DNA of 64,000 nucleotides from Prevotella sp. (GCA_022788105.1 JALEVZ010000053.1:36858-100857); one strand, 5' to 3'. Counted from the stretch's first letter, positions 1-9,011 are shown. Notes: generated by a model from the sequence alone, not told the origin. Numbers and translations are program-made.

Positions 1-2
1 AA

Positions 3-92
3 GCTGTAGACAGCGGACAAGCCACAGACTGGAAAGCCGCGATGGAAGAGTGGGAGCAATGGGAGCAGCAAGAAATAACAAAAAAATCTTAA
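3..92 (+). CDS. 3' end of a CDS running in from the left edge (…AVDSGQATDWKAAMEEWEQWEQQEITKKS*)
   Basis: Open frame from nt 3 to TAA at 90-92, coding-like composition; product unknown. Confidence 0.5.
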   Translation, partial: AVDSGQATDWKAAMEEWEQWEQQEITKKS

Positions 93-130
93 AATAGCAG
101 CAAACGTTGCTGCGTTTAGTTTTTTTTCAT

Positions 131-138
131 TACCTTTG
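131..138 (+). promoter_or_regulatory. Bacteroidota sigma-A -7 element (TACCTTTG) for the tRNA
   Basis: Matches TAnnTTTG, about 28 nt upstream of the tRNA. Confidence 0.75.
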
Positions 139-165
139 CACCCGCAAATAAGCAAAGTTCTATTT

Positions 166-247
166 TGGGGTGTTCTCCAGCGGCAACGAGAGCAGACTGT
201 AAATCTGCCGTCATTCGACTTCGTAGGTTCGAGTCCTACCACCCCAA
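166..247 (+). tRNA. tRNA-Tyr (GTA), long variable arm, U1-A72 first pair, CCA not encoded
   Basis: Acceptor TGGGGTG/CACCCCA; anticodon arm GCAGA-CTGTAAA-TCTGC (GTA at 199-201); T arm GTAGG-TTCGAGT-CCTAC. Confidence 0.92.
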
Positions 248-266
248 CAACAAAACAGAACAAAGT

Positions 267-301
267 TTTGGGCGCATCATTCAATAGATGATGCGCCCAA
301 A
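267..301 (+). terminator. Hairpin terminator after the tRNA
   Basis: TTTGGGCGCATCAT / ATGATGCGCCCAAA perfect inverted repeat. Confidence 0.75.
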
Positions 302-336
302 TTGTTTATATACGATTCATACAGACACTACCATCT

Positions 337-408
337 GCAAGCTAGCTATGAATTGTAGCCACGCCAGCTAAGAATCGTAGGCAAGCTGACCCTGAATTGT
401 AGCCACGC
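337..408. repeat. 22-bp-period degenerate tandem array (A-B-A-partial B)
   Basis: gcaagctagctatgaattgtag / ccacgccagctaagaatcgtag / gcaagctgaccctgaattgtag / ccacgc. Confidence 0.8.
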
Positions 409-486
409 GCGTTTTTACCTTCCGAAGCTTTGGGTTGTCAGATTTAATGCTTATCTTTGCCAACATACCAACTAAAAACAAGTAAT

Positions 487-1176
487 ATGGAAACATGTTC
501 AAAGAAGTCGAGAGTGCGCGAAGAGTTTGAGAAGGCACTCGCAAAAGCAGAATCTACTGAATTCAAAGCTACGAAAGAGATGCTTGACCTCTACTCCGAC
601 GTGGTGTGCGGATGCACGCTTGTGGCAGAGGAGAACACCAAACAGATGGGCGGACCGACATGGCAAAACGCAGAACTGTGCCGCACCATGCTGAAATATG
701 CAAAGGTTTTGGAGCAATATACAGAGGTAGGCAATATCACAGACACGCTATACAAGGTGTCAGAACGCATGGCTGACGCACTGTACTATCACCCACGATT
801 GAAAGCCGAAGTGCTGAGGCTCACCATACGCATACTTCACGACATAGAGGCGGAGACGGGGCACGACCTCAGTTCGACCGACCACTTCATGAGTGAACTG
901 TCTGCTCTTGAGCGCAACATACACTTCGCAGACAATGGAATGTTTGACAACATAGACCAACAAGGGACGCTGAAAGTCGACCCTGTGGAGTGGACCGAAG
1001 CTTTTGAAAACGTAATAGACGAGGCAGAACGCAAGGCTTTAGACAAGCTGGCAGACGTTCCACGCGGCATGGGGTTCTGTCACGCCTACTGGGCGGAACT
1101 GGGCGACGCACTCTATGAGCTTGGAGTGAGCTGGAAATCTCCGGCACAGATGAATCCACGCTGCCTCTTCGACTAA
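487..1176 (+). CDS. Hypothetical protein with a C-terminal GMGFCHxYW…WKSPxxMNP motif
   Basis: ORF 457..1176; start moved to ATG 487 because TATCTTTG (-7 box) lies at 452-459. Confidence 0.75.
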   Translation: METCSKKSRVREEFEKALAKAESTEFKATKEMLDLYSDVVCGCTLVAEENTKQMGGPTWQNAELCRTMLKYAKVLEQYTEVGNITDTLYKVSERMADALYYHPRLKAEVLRLTIRILHDIEAETGHDLSSTDHFMSELSALERNIHFADNGMFDNIDQQGTLKVDPVEWTEAFENVIDEAERKALDKLADVPRGMGFCHAYWAELGDALYELGVSWKSPAQMNPRCLFD

Positions 1177-1180
1177 TGCA

Positions 1181-1290
1181 AACAGGCGCTAAGCATTAAT
1201 CAAACAGATGCCAGGCGCTAACAAATCAGGCGCTAAGCATTAATCAAACAGCCGCCAGGCATTAACAAAACAGCCGCTAAGCAAATATAA
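1181..1290. repeat. 22-bp tandem array, 5 units, alternating variants
   Basis: aacaggcgctaagcattaatca / aacagatgccaggcgctaacaa / atcaggcgctaagcattaatca / aacagccgccaggcattaacaa / aacagccgctaagcaaatataa. Confidence 0.88.
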
Positions 1291-1328
1291 AAAACGGGCC
1301 ATGTGCATATCACAGCACATGACCCGTT
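1289..1328 (-). terminator. Intrinsic terminator of the etf-acd operon
   Basis: AACGGGcCATGTGC…GCACATGaCCCGTT stem with a left A-tract (U-tract on the minus strand). Confidence 0.7.
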
Positions 1329-1370
1329 AATTGTTTATATAGCTATGGGGCATCCACCCCTATCAGCTGT

Positions 1371-3077
1371 TTACTCCGCGCGGAAGTTCGGAAGGTCTTC
1401 CTTGATGAAGTTCATGATGTAAGCATGCTCACCAAAGACGTTGGCCTGAGCCATGCGCACATACACATTGGCACTCTTGGCGAAGAGTTCGGCAGAGCGT
1501 GTGGCGTCTTCGAGGATGAGAAGCGACATGATAATCTCGCAAGTCATGTTGTAAAGACGGCGTGCGAGGAAGTCGTGCATCTCCTGGTCCTGTGCCTCCT
1601 TGACATATTCGCGAGCCTGCTCGTAGAGCTTCACCATCTCCACTACGCGCGTCTTCAGCGGCTGCAGCTCCTCTGCCACTTCCTTCTCCAGCATCTCTTT
1701 GATGATGGTGAGGTATGTACCGTTAGAGATGTAGCGTATGGCGGCAACCACCTGGAGCTGTGTTGTACCCTCGTAGATAGAGAAGATGCGTGCGTCGCGG
1801 TACAGACGCTGGCACTTGTACTCCATGATGAAGCCCGAACCGCCATGCACCTGTATGGCGTCATAGGCGTTCTGGTTAGCATATTCAGAGTTCATACCCT
1901 TTGCCAACGGTGTGAATGCGTCGGCAAGACGAGAATACTTCTTCAGCTCCTGACGCTCCTCGGCGGTGAGCTTACGCTCGCGCTGGATGTCTTCAAGAGC
2001 CTTGTAGATGTCTACGTAGCGTGCTGTCTGATAGAGGATAGAGCGTCCTGCGTCGAGCTTTGCCTTGATGCGAGCAATCATGTCGTACACAGCGGGGAAC
2101 TTTACTATCTCGGTATCGAACTGCTTGCGCTCCTTAGCATACTTCAAAGCCTCGTCATAAGCAGCCTGGCTCACACCTACCGACTGTGCGGCGATGCCGA
2201 GACGAGCACCGTTCATGAGTGCCATCACGTACTTGATAAGTCCAAGACGTGTGCTGCCGCAAAGCTCTGCCTTTGCGTTCTTGTACACAAGCTCACATGT
2301 TGGTGAGCCGTGGATGCCGAGCTTGTGCTCGATGTGGCGCACCGTCACACCGCCGTCGCGCTTGTCATAGATAAACATTGACAGTCCGCGACCGTCGCGT
2401 GTGCCCTCCTCAGAGCGTGCAAGCACGAGGTGGATGTCTGAGTCGCCGTTGGTGATGAAACGCTTTACGCCGTTCAGACGCCATGTGCCGTCCTCGTCCT
2501 GTGTAGCCTTGAGCATCACGCGCTGCAAGTCTGAGCCTGCGTCGGGCTCGGTGAGGTCCATAGACATGGTCTCTCCGGCGCAAACACGGGGGATGTATTT
2601 CTGGCGCTGCTCCTCCGATCCGAACTCATAGAGAGTCTCGATGCAGTCCTGCAGCGACCAGATGTTCTGGAAGCCAGCGTCTGCACACGACACAATCTCC
2701 GAAGCCATAGAATACGGAGTGATAGGCATGTTCAAGCCGTTGTAACGGCGCGGCATAGAGATGCCCCACAGCCCGGCCTTGCGTGTGGCGTCGAGGTTCT
2801 CGTAAGTCTTAGCAGCATAGTGCATGCGTCCGTCCACGAGGTGCGGACCTTCGAGGTCTACGTCCTCAGAGTTTGGCTCGATAATGTTTGCGGCTATGTC
2901 GCCGGTGATGTCGAGCACACGCTTATAGTTCTCGATAGCGTCCTCGAAATCGACGGGCGCATCCTCATATTTGTCTTTATCTGCGTAGTTGCGCTCCTTG
3001 AGCTCAACGACCCGCTTCATTTCCGGATGATTCAAATAGAAGTCATACTCCGGATGGTCTGTATAATAGTTAGCCAT
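1371..3077 (-). CDS. Acyl-CoA dehydrogenase (long Bacteroidales type, ETF partner)
   Basis: MDLTEPDAGSD, GVKRFITNG, IQVHGGSG and YEGTTQLQ motifs; downstream of etfBA. Confidence 0.93.
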   Translation of the reverse strand: MANYYTDHPEYDFYLNHPEMKRVVELKERNYADKDKYEDAPVDFEDAIENYKRVLDITGDIAANIIEPNSEDVDLEGPHLVDGRMHYAAKTYENLDATRKAGLWGISMPRRYNGLNMPITPYSMASEIVSCADAGFQNIWSLQDCIETLYEFGSEEQRQKYIPRVCAGETMSMDLTEPDAGSDLQRVMLKATQDEDGTWRLNGVKRFITNGDSDIHLVLARSEEGTRDGRGLSMFIYDKRDGGVTVRHIEHKLGIHGSPTCELVYKNAKAELCGSTRLGLIKYVMALMNGARLGIAAQSVGVSQAAYDEALKYAKERKQFDTEIVKFPAVYDMIARIKAKLDAGRSILYQTARYVDIYKALEDIQRERKLTAEERQELKKYSRLADAFTPLAKGMNSEYANQNAYDAIQVHGGSGFIMEYKCQRLYRDARIFSIYEGTTQLQVVAAIRYISNGTYLTIIKEMLEKEVAEELQPLKTRVVEMVKLYEQAREYVKEAQDQEMHDFLARRLYNMTCEIIMSLLILEDATRSAELFAKSANVYVRMAQANVFGEHAYIMNFIKEDLPNFRAE

Positions 3078-3083
3078 AAATTA

Positions 3084-3674
3084 AAAGCCCCACCCCCGCC
3101 GCTTTCGCGGCTTACCCCTCCCCGTTGGAGAGGGGAGTAATCACCTTGTTGGCAAGAGTGGATTGTTTTTATTATTAATATTTGCTATTTATAAATAAGC
3201 TCCTCTATATGTGCGACGACATCGTTTATGTGATTTATGACCTGCTCATTGGTGAAACGTACAACGGAAAAGTCTACACTATTCAGGTATTCTGTTCTTA
3301 ATTCATCAAGCGCTTTTTGCTCGTCTGTAGAGTGATATTCTCCATCGACCTCAACAACAAGCATTTTTTCCAAACAGACAAAATCTACAATGTAATCGCC
3401 AATGATATGTTGTCTTCTGAAACGAAGAGGGCGCGGGTAGCATCTGAGACGTTCCCACAACATCTTTTCCGCTTCTGTCATATTAGCTCGGTTCTTTCTT
3501 GCATTTTCCTTTAACAATAGATAAATGTCTGGCGAAGATGTTCTGAATTCAGGATTATCTACACTCATACCAATATCGCTTTATTAATAGAATCAAGACC
3601 TAAGCTAAAAGCATATCACTCCCCTCTCCAACGGGGAGGGGAAAGCCGCCGTTGGCGGCTGGGAGAGGGGCTTT
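3084..3674. mobile_element. Candidate cassette: DUF559 endonuclease between ~60-bp inverted repeats, inserted between etfA and acyl-CoA dehydrogenase
   Basis: 3084-3141 and 3615-3674 are near reverse complements; interior is AT-rich relative to flanking genes. Confidence 0.65.
3185..3568 (-). CDS. DUF559 / Vsr-like PD-(D/E)XK endonuclease
   Basis: MTEAEKMLW…FRRQHIIGDYIVDF…EVDGEYH…VRFTN signature. Confidence 0.9.
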   Translation of the reverse strand: MSVDNPEFRTSSPDIYLLLKENARKNRANMTEAEKMLWERLRCYPRPLRFRRQHIIGDYIVDFVCLEKMLVVEVDGEYHSTDEQKALDELRTEYLNSVDFSVVRFTNEQVINHINDVVAHIEELIYK

Positions 3675-4695
3675 ACTTATTATTCGCCTTATAGTATTTT
3701 ATCAGCTTCGGGAGCACCTCTTCAACCGTGCCAGTTATCACGTAGTCGGCAATCTTGTTGATGGGAGCGTCGGGATCGTTGTTCACGGAGATGATGATGC
3801 CCGAGTCTTGCATGCCGGCGATGTGCTGAATCTGTCCAGAGATGCCGCAGGCGATGTACACCTTCGGGTGAACAGTCACACCTGTCTGACCGATCTGACG
3901 GTCGTGGTCGCACCATCCAGCATCAACGGCAGCGCGGCTTGCGCCTACCTCACCGTGCAGTTCCTTTGCAAGCTGGAACAGCATGTCGAAGTTTTCCTTA
4001 GATCCTACGCCGTAGCCTCCAGCCACAACGATGGGCGCACCCTTGAGGTTGTGCTTGGCAGCCTCAACATGTCGGTCGAGCACCTTCACCACGAAGTCGG
4101 CTGTCGGTACATACTTTGCAACGTCGGGATAAACCACTTCGCCCTTTGCCTCGCCCTCGTAGAGAGCCTTCTGCATCACGCCGCTACGCACGGTAGCCAT
4201 CTGCGGACGGTGGTCTGGGTTTACGATGGTTGCCACGATGTTGCCACCGAAGGCGGGACGAATCTGGTAGAGCAGATTGTCGTAGTGCTTACCGCTCTTC
4301 TTGTCGTCGTAGTCGCCAATCTCAAGCTCCGTACAGTCGGCGGTCAGACCGCTGGTAAGAGACGACGAAACGCGCGGTCCGAGGTCGCGACCTATCACCG
4401 TTGCGCCCATGAGCGCTATCTGCGGCTGCTCCTCCTTGAAGAGGTTTACCAATATGTCGGTATGTGGAGCCGATGTGTAAGGGAACAGTCCTTCGGCATC
4501 GAAGACGAAAAGTTTGTCAACACCGTAGGGCAAAATCTGGTCTTCCACCTTGCCTTTGATGCCTGTACCTGCCACGATGGCGTTGAGTTCAACGCCGAGC
4601 TGGTTGGCGAGCTTGCGGCCTTTGGTGAGAAGTTCCTGCGACACTTCCTGTACTTGAGTGCCTTCTATCTCGCAATATACAAATACGTTGTTCAT
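3673..4695 (-). CDS. etfA: Electron transfer flavoprotein alpha subunit
   Basis: GLTADCT, RPAFGG, QIGQTG and GISGQIQH motifs. Confidence 0.95.
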   Translation of the reverse strand: MNNVFVYCEIEGTQVQEVSQELLTKGRKLANQLGVELNAIVAGTGIKGKVEDQILPYGVDKLFVFDAEGLFPYTSAPHTDILVNLFKEEQPQIALMGATVIGRDLGPRVSSSLTSGLTADCTELEIGDYDDKKSGKHYDNLLYQIRPAFGGNIVATIVNPDHRPQMATVRSGVMQKALYEGEAKGEVVYPDVAKYVPTADFVVKVLDRHVEAAKHNLKGAPIVVAGGYGVGSKENFDMLFQLAKELHGEVGASRAAVDAGWCDHDRQIGQTGVTVHPKVYIACGISGQIQHIAGMQDSGIIISVNNDPDAPINKIADYVITGTVEEVLPKLIKYYKANNK

Positions 4696-5565
4696 TTATC
4701 CAATAATCTTTTCGTCCAACAATTCCTTTATCAGACCCTCGATGTCAGCGTCGCTGCCAGTCAGGGAGTTGCTCTCTTTTGCCTGGAACACGATGTTCTT
4801 CACGGCTTTCACCTTTGTCGGCGAGCCGCTAAGACCGCACTGCTGCGGGTCGCCGTCGACATCGGCAACGGTCCACTGGTTCAGCGTGAGGTAAGGACGC
4901 TCCTCATAGAGGTAGTTGTACTTGTCCTCGGGCTTGCGCTCCATAGGGGCAGAAGCACGCTTGTACTTCATCACAAGCTTGGCATTGGCAGGACGACAGG
5001 GCGCAGCGCTACCTGTCACGGTCACTACCAGAGGCATGGGCGCCTCAACCGTCTCCACACCACCGTCGATATGGCGGCGTATGGTGAGCTTGCCGTCTTC
5101 ACACTTTGTTATCTCCTCGGCGTATGTCACCTGCGAGAGGCCGAGCTTCTGTGCCACCTGCGGGCCTACCTGCGCTGTGTCACCATCGATAGCCTGACGG
5201 CCACCGATAACCACGTCCACGTCGCCAATCTTCTTGATGGCAGTGGCGAGGGCGTAAGAGGTGGCGAGAGTGTCGGCACCGGCAAACAGACGGTCGGTGA
5301 GCAGCCAACCAGTGTCAGCTCCGCGGTAGAGTCCCTGGCGTATAACCTCAGCCGCACGAGGAGGACCCATGGTTAATATTCCTACAGTAGAGCCCGGATT
5401 CTGCTCCTTGAGGCGCAGCGCCTGCTCCAATGCGTTCAAATCTTCAGGATTGAAGATAGCCGGAAGGGCGGCGCGATTGACGGTACCTTCGGCTGTCATG
5501 GCGTCCTTGCCGACATTTCGTGTGTCGGGTACTTGCTTGGCAAGTACAACAATTTTCAAACTCAT
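4696..5565 (-). CDS. etfB: Electron transfer flavoprotein beta subunit
   Basis: KQVPDT, GADTLATS, GRQAIDGDTAQVG; true start MSLKIVV at 5565. Confidence 0.95.
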   Translation of the reverse strand: MSLKIVVLAKQVPDTRNVGKDAMTAEGTVNRAALPAIFNPEDLNALEQALRLKEQNPGSTVGILTMGPPRAAEVIRQGLYRGADTGWLLTDRLFAGADTLATSYALATAIKKIGDVDVVIGGRQAIDGDTAQVGPQVAQKLGLSQVTYAEEITKCEDGKLTIRRHIDGGVETVEAPMPLVVTVTGSAAPCRPANAKLVMKYKRASAPMERKPEDKYNYLYEERPYLTLNQWTVADVDGDPQQCGLSGSPTKVKAVKNIVFQAKESNSLTGSDADIEGLIKELLDEKIIG

Positions 5566-5596
5566 ATAATATAAATTATTGTGAAATTTCAACTTG

Positions 5597-5604
5597 CAAA
5601 AATA
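5597..5604 (-). promoter_or_regulatory. -7 promoter element of the etf operon (TATTTTTG)
   Basis: TAnnTTTG on the minus strand, 32 nt upstream of the etfB ATG. Confidence 0.6.
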
Positions 5605-5763
5605 ATAACTTTTTGAAATACAGCCAAATTTGTCGTTTACAAAATGCACATTCCGCACCCTTATGTGCACACAATATGCATTTTGTGCAAGGTTAGTAGT
5701 CTGCTCCAGACAAATCAACTGTAAACCGCAAATGTCACGATGAAAGCACTTTCGCCGTTTAGC

Positions 5764-5928
5764 TGACACTTTGCTACTATTTCGGGGCAAAATCTGACGC
5801 TAATTCTTAACGTCTGTTAAAAGCTCCATGCCGTTCCCACTACGGCCCTTTGACGTCGTCACTACGGCCCTTTGACAAGCCCATTAGGCCCCTTTGACAA
5901 GCCCAAAGAGCCACTATCATTTTGTCAA
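5764..5928 (+). repeat. 165-bp dispersed element, copy 1
   Basis: TGACAC head, TTAAC-gtct-GTTAA, four 22-bp units, TATCATTTTGTCAA tail. Confidence 0.9.
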
Positions 5929-6007
5929 CTCTGCCCAACGGCAAAACCTGCGCTACACGGCGGCTCTTTTAGCAACACCACACGGCGCGCACAACCAGCC
6001 CCCACCC

Positions 6008-7225
6008 TTACTGCTCGGGGTACTGCTGGTATATCTTTATGCCGAAGATGGGCGTGACAGCATAGACGTTGTCCATGATGTCGGCGAGCTGATGTTCATA
6101 CTCAACCCACGACTTCTCCTTCAGGAAGAAGTAGAACTCCAACGGCAGACCAGTGCTCGTAGCCTCCAACTGTCTCACCATGAAGGTCATGTCGGGGTTC
6201 ACCTCCTTGAGCGACGCTATGTAGCGCTCCATATATCTACGGAACAACGTCATGTTTATCTGCCTGCCTGTCAACTCCTTAGCGCTGAAATAGCCGCCAT
6301 CAACGAGCCGTTGCTTCATGGCGTCGTCAACTACACAGATGCTGTGAAAGTCGAACAGCACCATGCGTTTTACACGTCTTCCGCCGCTCTGCTGCATGCC
6401 TTTCCAGTTCTGAAACGAGTCCTGCACCAGCGTGGTGGGCGACACCGTGACTATGGTGTTGTCAAAATTGCGCACCTTCACCGTGGTGAGCGACATCTCC
6501 TCCACCACACCGTTGACGCCAGCCTTGTCAAACGTTATCCAGTCGCCTATGTGTAGCATGTTGTTGCTGGTAAGACGCACGCCGGCAACGAGTCCGGTGA
6601 TGGTGTCTCTGAACACCAGCATCATGACTGCCGAGGTGGCGCCGAGACCGGCAAGCAGGCTCAGCGGACTGCGGTTGATGACTATTCCGACAGCCACCAC
6701 TGTGCCAACGAACACCACGACGATGCGCAATACGCCGCAGAAGGAATGGAAATATTGTTGTGTGGACGTGCGCTGTCCGTCGCCCATATCAAGTTTTTTA
6801 GATGCGTTTACGAAAGCAAGCAGTAGGCGCACGGTCATGACGGTGATGTAAACCGCCGTGGCCCGCGACAGCAAGTCTTCGACTATAGGCTTCTGATAAA
6901 ACACCAGCGGCAGCAGAAGCCACACCACCACGGCAGGCACGATGTGACATGCAGCAACAAGCACATCGCGGTTGAACACTATGTCGTCCCATTTCGCCGA
7001 CGTGTGGGCAGTGAATTTCATCACCGCTGGCAGCACCAGGCGACGACACACGACATCTGCCAGCCACGCCAGCAGTATGGCAACCACCGCCATGAGCACG
7101 TGACGCATCACATATACGGCGTCGCCCTGCATGCCTGTGAGCGAGATGAGCTGCTCCACCACGTCGCGCACGGCGTCCATCGCCACCACTCTGTCGTGTG
7201 CAGCAGAAACTATCTGTTCGTTCAT
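6008..7225 (-). CDS. MscS-family mechanosensitive channel (MscM/YbdG-like)
   Basis: TM segments, then GDWI…GVVEEMSLTTVKVRNFDNT…SFQNWKGM…GGRRVKR. Confidence 0.9.
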   Translation of the reverse strand: MNEQIVSAAHDRVVAMDAVRDVVEQLISLTGMQGDAVYVMRHVLMAVVAILLAWLADVVCRRLVLPAVMKFTAHTSAKWDDIVFNRDVLVAACHIVPAVVVWLLLPLVFYQKPIVEDLLSRATAVYITVMTVRLLLAFVNASKKLDMGDGQRTSTQQYFHSFCGVLRIVVVFVGTVVAVGIVINRSPLSLLAGLGATSAVMMLVFRDTITGLVAGVRLTSNNMLHIGDWITFDKAGVNGVVEEMSLTTVKVRNFDNTIVTVSPTTLVQDSFQNWKGMQQSGGRRVKRMVLFDFHSICVVDDAMKQRLVDGGYFSAKELTGRQINMTLFRRYMERYIASLKEVNPDMTFMVRQLEATSTGLPLEFYFFLKEKSWVEYEHQLADIMDNVYAVTPIFGIKIYQQYPEQ

Positions 7226-7262
7226 ATCTCTTGGTTTTTAGTCTGTTACAATAGGTTTGGCG

Positions 7263-8513
7263 TTACGGACGGCACAGCTCCGTACACACTTTGTCTTGGA
7301 ACGCACGGCCGTTGCGCGTGTGGCGCAGACCGTTGTTGATAATAGAAAACGCCAGCGCATGGCCGTTTGCCGCCGTGCAGTAGCCTGCAAGCGAACTAAC
7401 ACCCGTCACCGTGCCAGTCTTGGCACATACGTTGCCGTTTGTAAACGACCCGTGCATGCGGTCGCGCAGTGTGCCATCGGTGGCAGCGATAGGCATCGAC
7501 GGCTTCAGGTGTAGCAATATGTTGCCGTTGCTGTAGGCGTAGCGCAGCATGGCAACCTCCAGTTCTGCCGACACATAATTATATAGTGACAAGCCCGATC
7601 CGTCGGCAAAGCTGTAGTCGTCGGGGTCGAGACCTATCTTGCGCACAAGCCGTTTTATCACCCCACGGGCCTGCTTGGCACTGGCATGACGCACGCCTGT
7701 GCTCGCCGCTATCTGGTAGAACATGGCCTCTGCGTACAGGTTGTCGCTGTCTTTCAACATGTTCATCAACACCTGGTCCATGGTGTGGAAACGATGGCAG
7801 ATGCAGAACGCATTGGCAGGCTTGACCGCCTCGCCCAGCGACGACTCCACCACGATGCCCGCATCGACGAGTTTCTCTACAAAACGCTGCACAAATATGT
7901 CGCGACGGCTGACGAGTAGCGGTGACAAGACGGGATTGTCGTCGTCCCAACACCAGCCTTCGCCGTAGTCGTTGTCGTCTTTCATGCTCTTGTCGGCATA
8001 TATGTTTCCGCGTATTGTGTCAACACCCATCTTGCGTATAGACTCTACAAAGGCGCGCATGTCGTCGGAGTTGAAGCGTGGGTCGAAGCCACCCACGCAG
8101 TAGATGTCACCCGTCAGCGTGTTGTTTTCCACCTTGCCAGTGTAGCACAGGTCTGTGTTGAACTGATGGGCACCACCGAGGCAGTCGATGGCTGTAACGG
8201 CTGTGATGACCTTCATGGTAGAAGCGGGGCGCAACAGCTGCCGTTCGCGATGGGCATAAAGCACGGAGTCGGCTGTGAGGTCGTAGACCATCATGCCTAC
8301 CTGCGATGTCTTGAACATGTCACTGCTCACCAAACGGTCGAGGTTCGTCCTCAGCGACTGCTCCCACGACTGCCCCACCACCTCGCTACGCGTGGTGTCT
8401 ATCGCCATGCTGTCGGCGTAGACCTGTGTCTCGTCACACTCTCTTACCTCTTGTGCAGGCAGTGTCGTGATAGCGACAAACATCATTGCCGCCAATATAA
8501 TAAGTCTTCTCAT
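7263..8513 (-). CDS. dacB: D-Ala-D-Ala carboxypeptidase/endopeptidase (peptidase S13)
   Basis: Signal peptide; PASTMK, SDN, DGSGLS and KTG motifs. Confidence 0.9.
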   Translation of the reverse strand: MRRLIILAAMMFVAITTLPAQEVRECDETQVYADSMAIDTTRSEVVGQSWEQSLRTNLDRLVSSDMFKTSQVGMMVYDLTADSVLYAHRERQLLRPASTMKVITAVTAIDCLGGAHQFNTDLCYTGKVENNTLTGDIYCVGGFDPRFNSDDMRAFVESIRKMGVDTIRGNIYADKSMKDDNDYGEGWCWDDDNPVLSPLLVSRRDIFVQRFVEKLVDAGIVVESSLGEAVKPANAFCICHRFHTMDQVLMNMLKDSDNLYAEAMFYQIAASTGVRHASAKQARGVIKRLVRKIGLDPDDYSFADGSGLSLYNYVSAELEVAMLRYAYSNGNILLHLKPSMPIAATDGTLRDRMHGSFTNGNVCAKTGTVTGVSSLAGYCTAANGHALAFSIINNGLRHTRNGRAFQDKVCTELCRP

Positions 8514-8588
8514 TGTCTTTGTATTCTCATTTCAGCTTTCAGAATCGGGCGCTCGATTGTCTGATTCGGGGGACATGGCTGTTAAAAA

Positions 8589-9011
8589 TCAGTCTTTCCG
8601 ATTCTCCGCTTCAGCCTGTCGCCGCTTCAATTCGGCAATAAAGGCCTCTGGATTGTCGGGACATAAGGCCATCATGCGACCAACGCCATACTCTATGCGC
8701 ACATGACTGTCGCGCAAGAAACCACCGCTCACCGCCTCCACGGCAGTGATGTCACAGAGCCTCAGCTGCATAACGCTCGCCAATCTGCCACGGTCTATGA
8801 GCAGCAACTCGTGTCCGCTGCCGTCGGTGCGCAGCACATAGGTGGTGTGAACCATGCGTTCAATGCCCGTCATGGCTACGGCGGCTACTGCCACTCCGAC
8901 AATTACCGCCCACCCGGTGCGGTGCAAAAGACAAGTCAATGCCACCACGCCGAGCATCACAACCGCCGCTATGCCGAGTACAGACACGCGTCGGTGAAAC
9001 GTTCTATCCAT
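8589..9011 (-). CDS. Hypothetical membrane protein (two TM segments)
   Basis: 140-aa ORF, hydrophobic N-terminal half, co-oriented with dacB. Confidence 0.7.
   Translation of the reverse strand: MDRTFHRRVSVLGIAAVVMLGVVALTCLLHRTGWAVIVGVAVAAVAMTGIERMVHTTYVLRTDGSGHELLLIDRGRLASVMQLRLCDITAVEAVSGGFLRDSHVRIEYGVGRMMALCPDNPEAFIAELKRRQAEAENRKD

Noticed and set aside
166-1370. Integrative element or prophage at the tRNA
   Set aside because: I saw no integrase, phage genes or duplicated tRNA 3' end in the window.
3652-5376. 574-aa plus-strand ORF and other long antisense ORFs (e.g. 33912..34940, 59364..60407)
   Set aside because: They are shadow frames opposite well-conserved genes and carry no recognisable motifs.
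5566-5790. N-terminal extensions in the ORF track (etfB, pepC, kinase 2, metY, 62239)
   Set aside because: They run through promoters or upstream genes; downstream ATGs match the expected N-termini.
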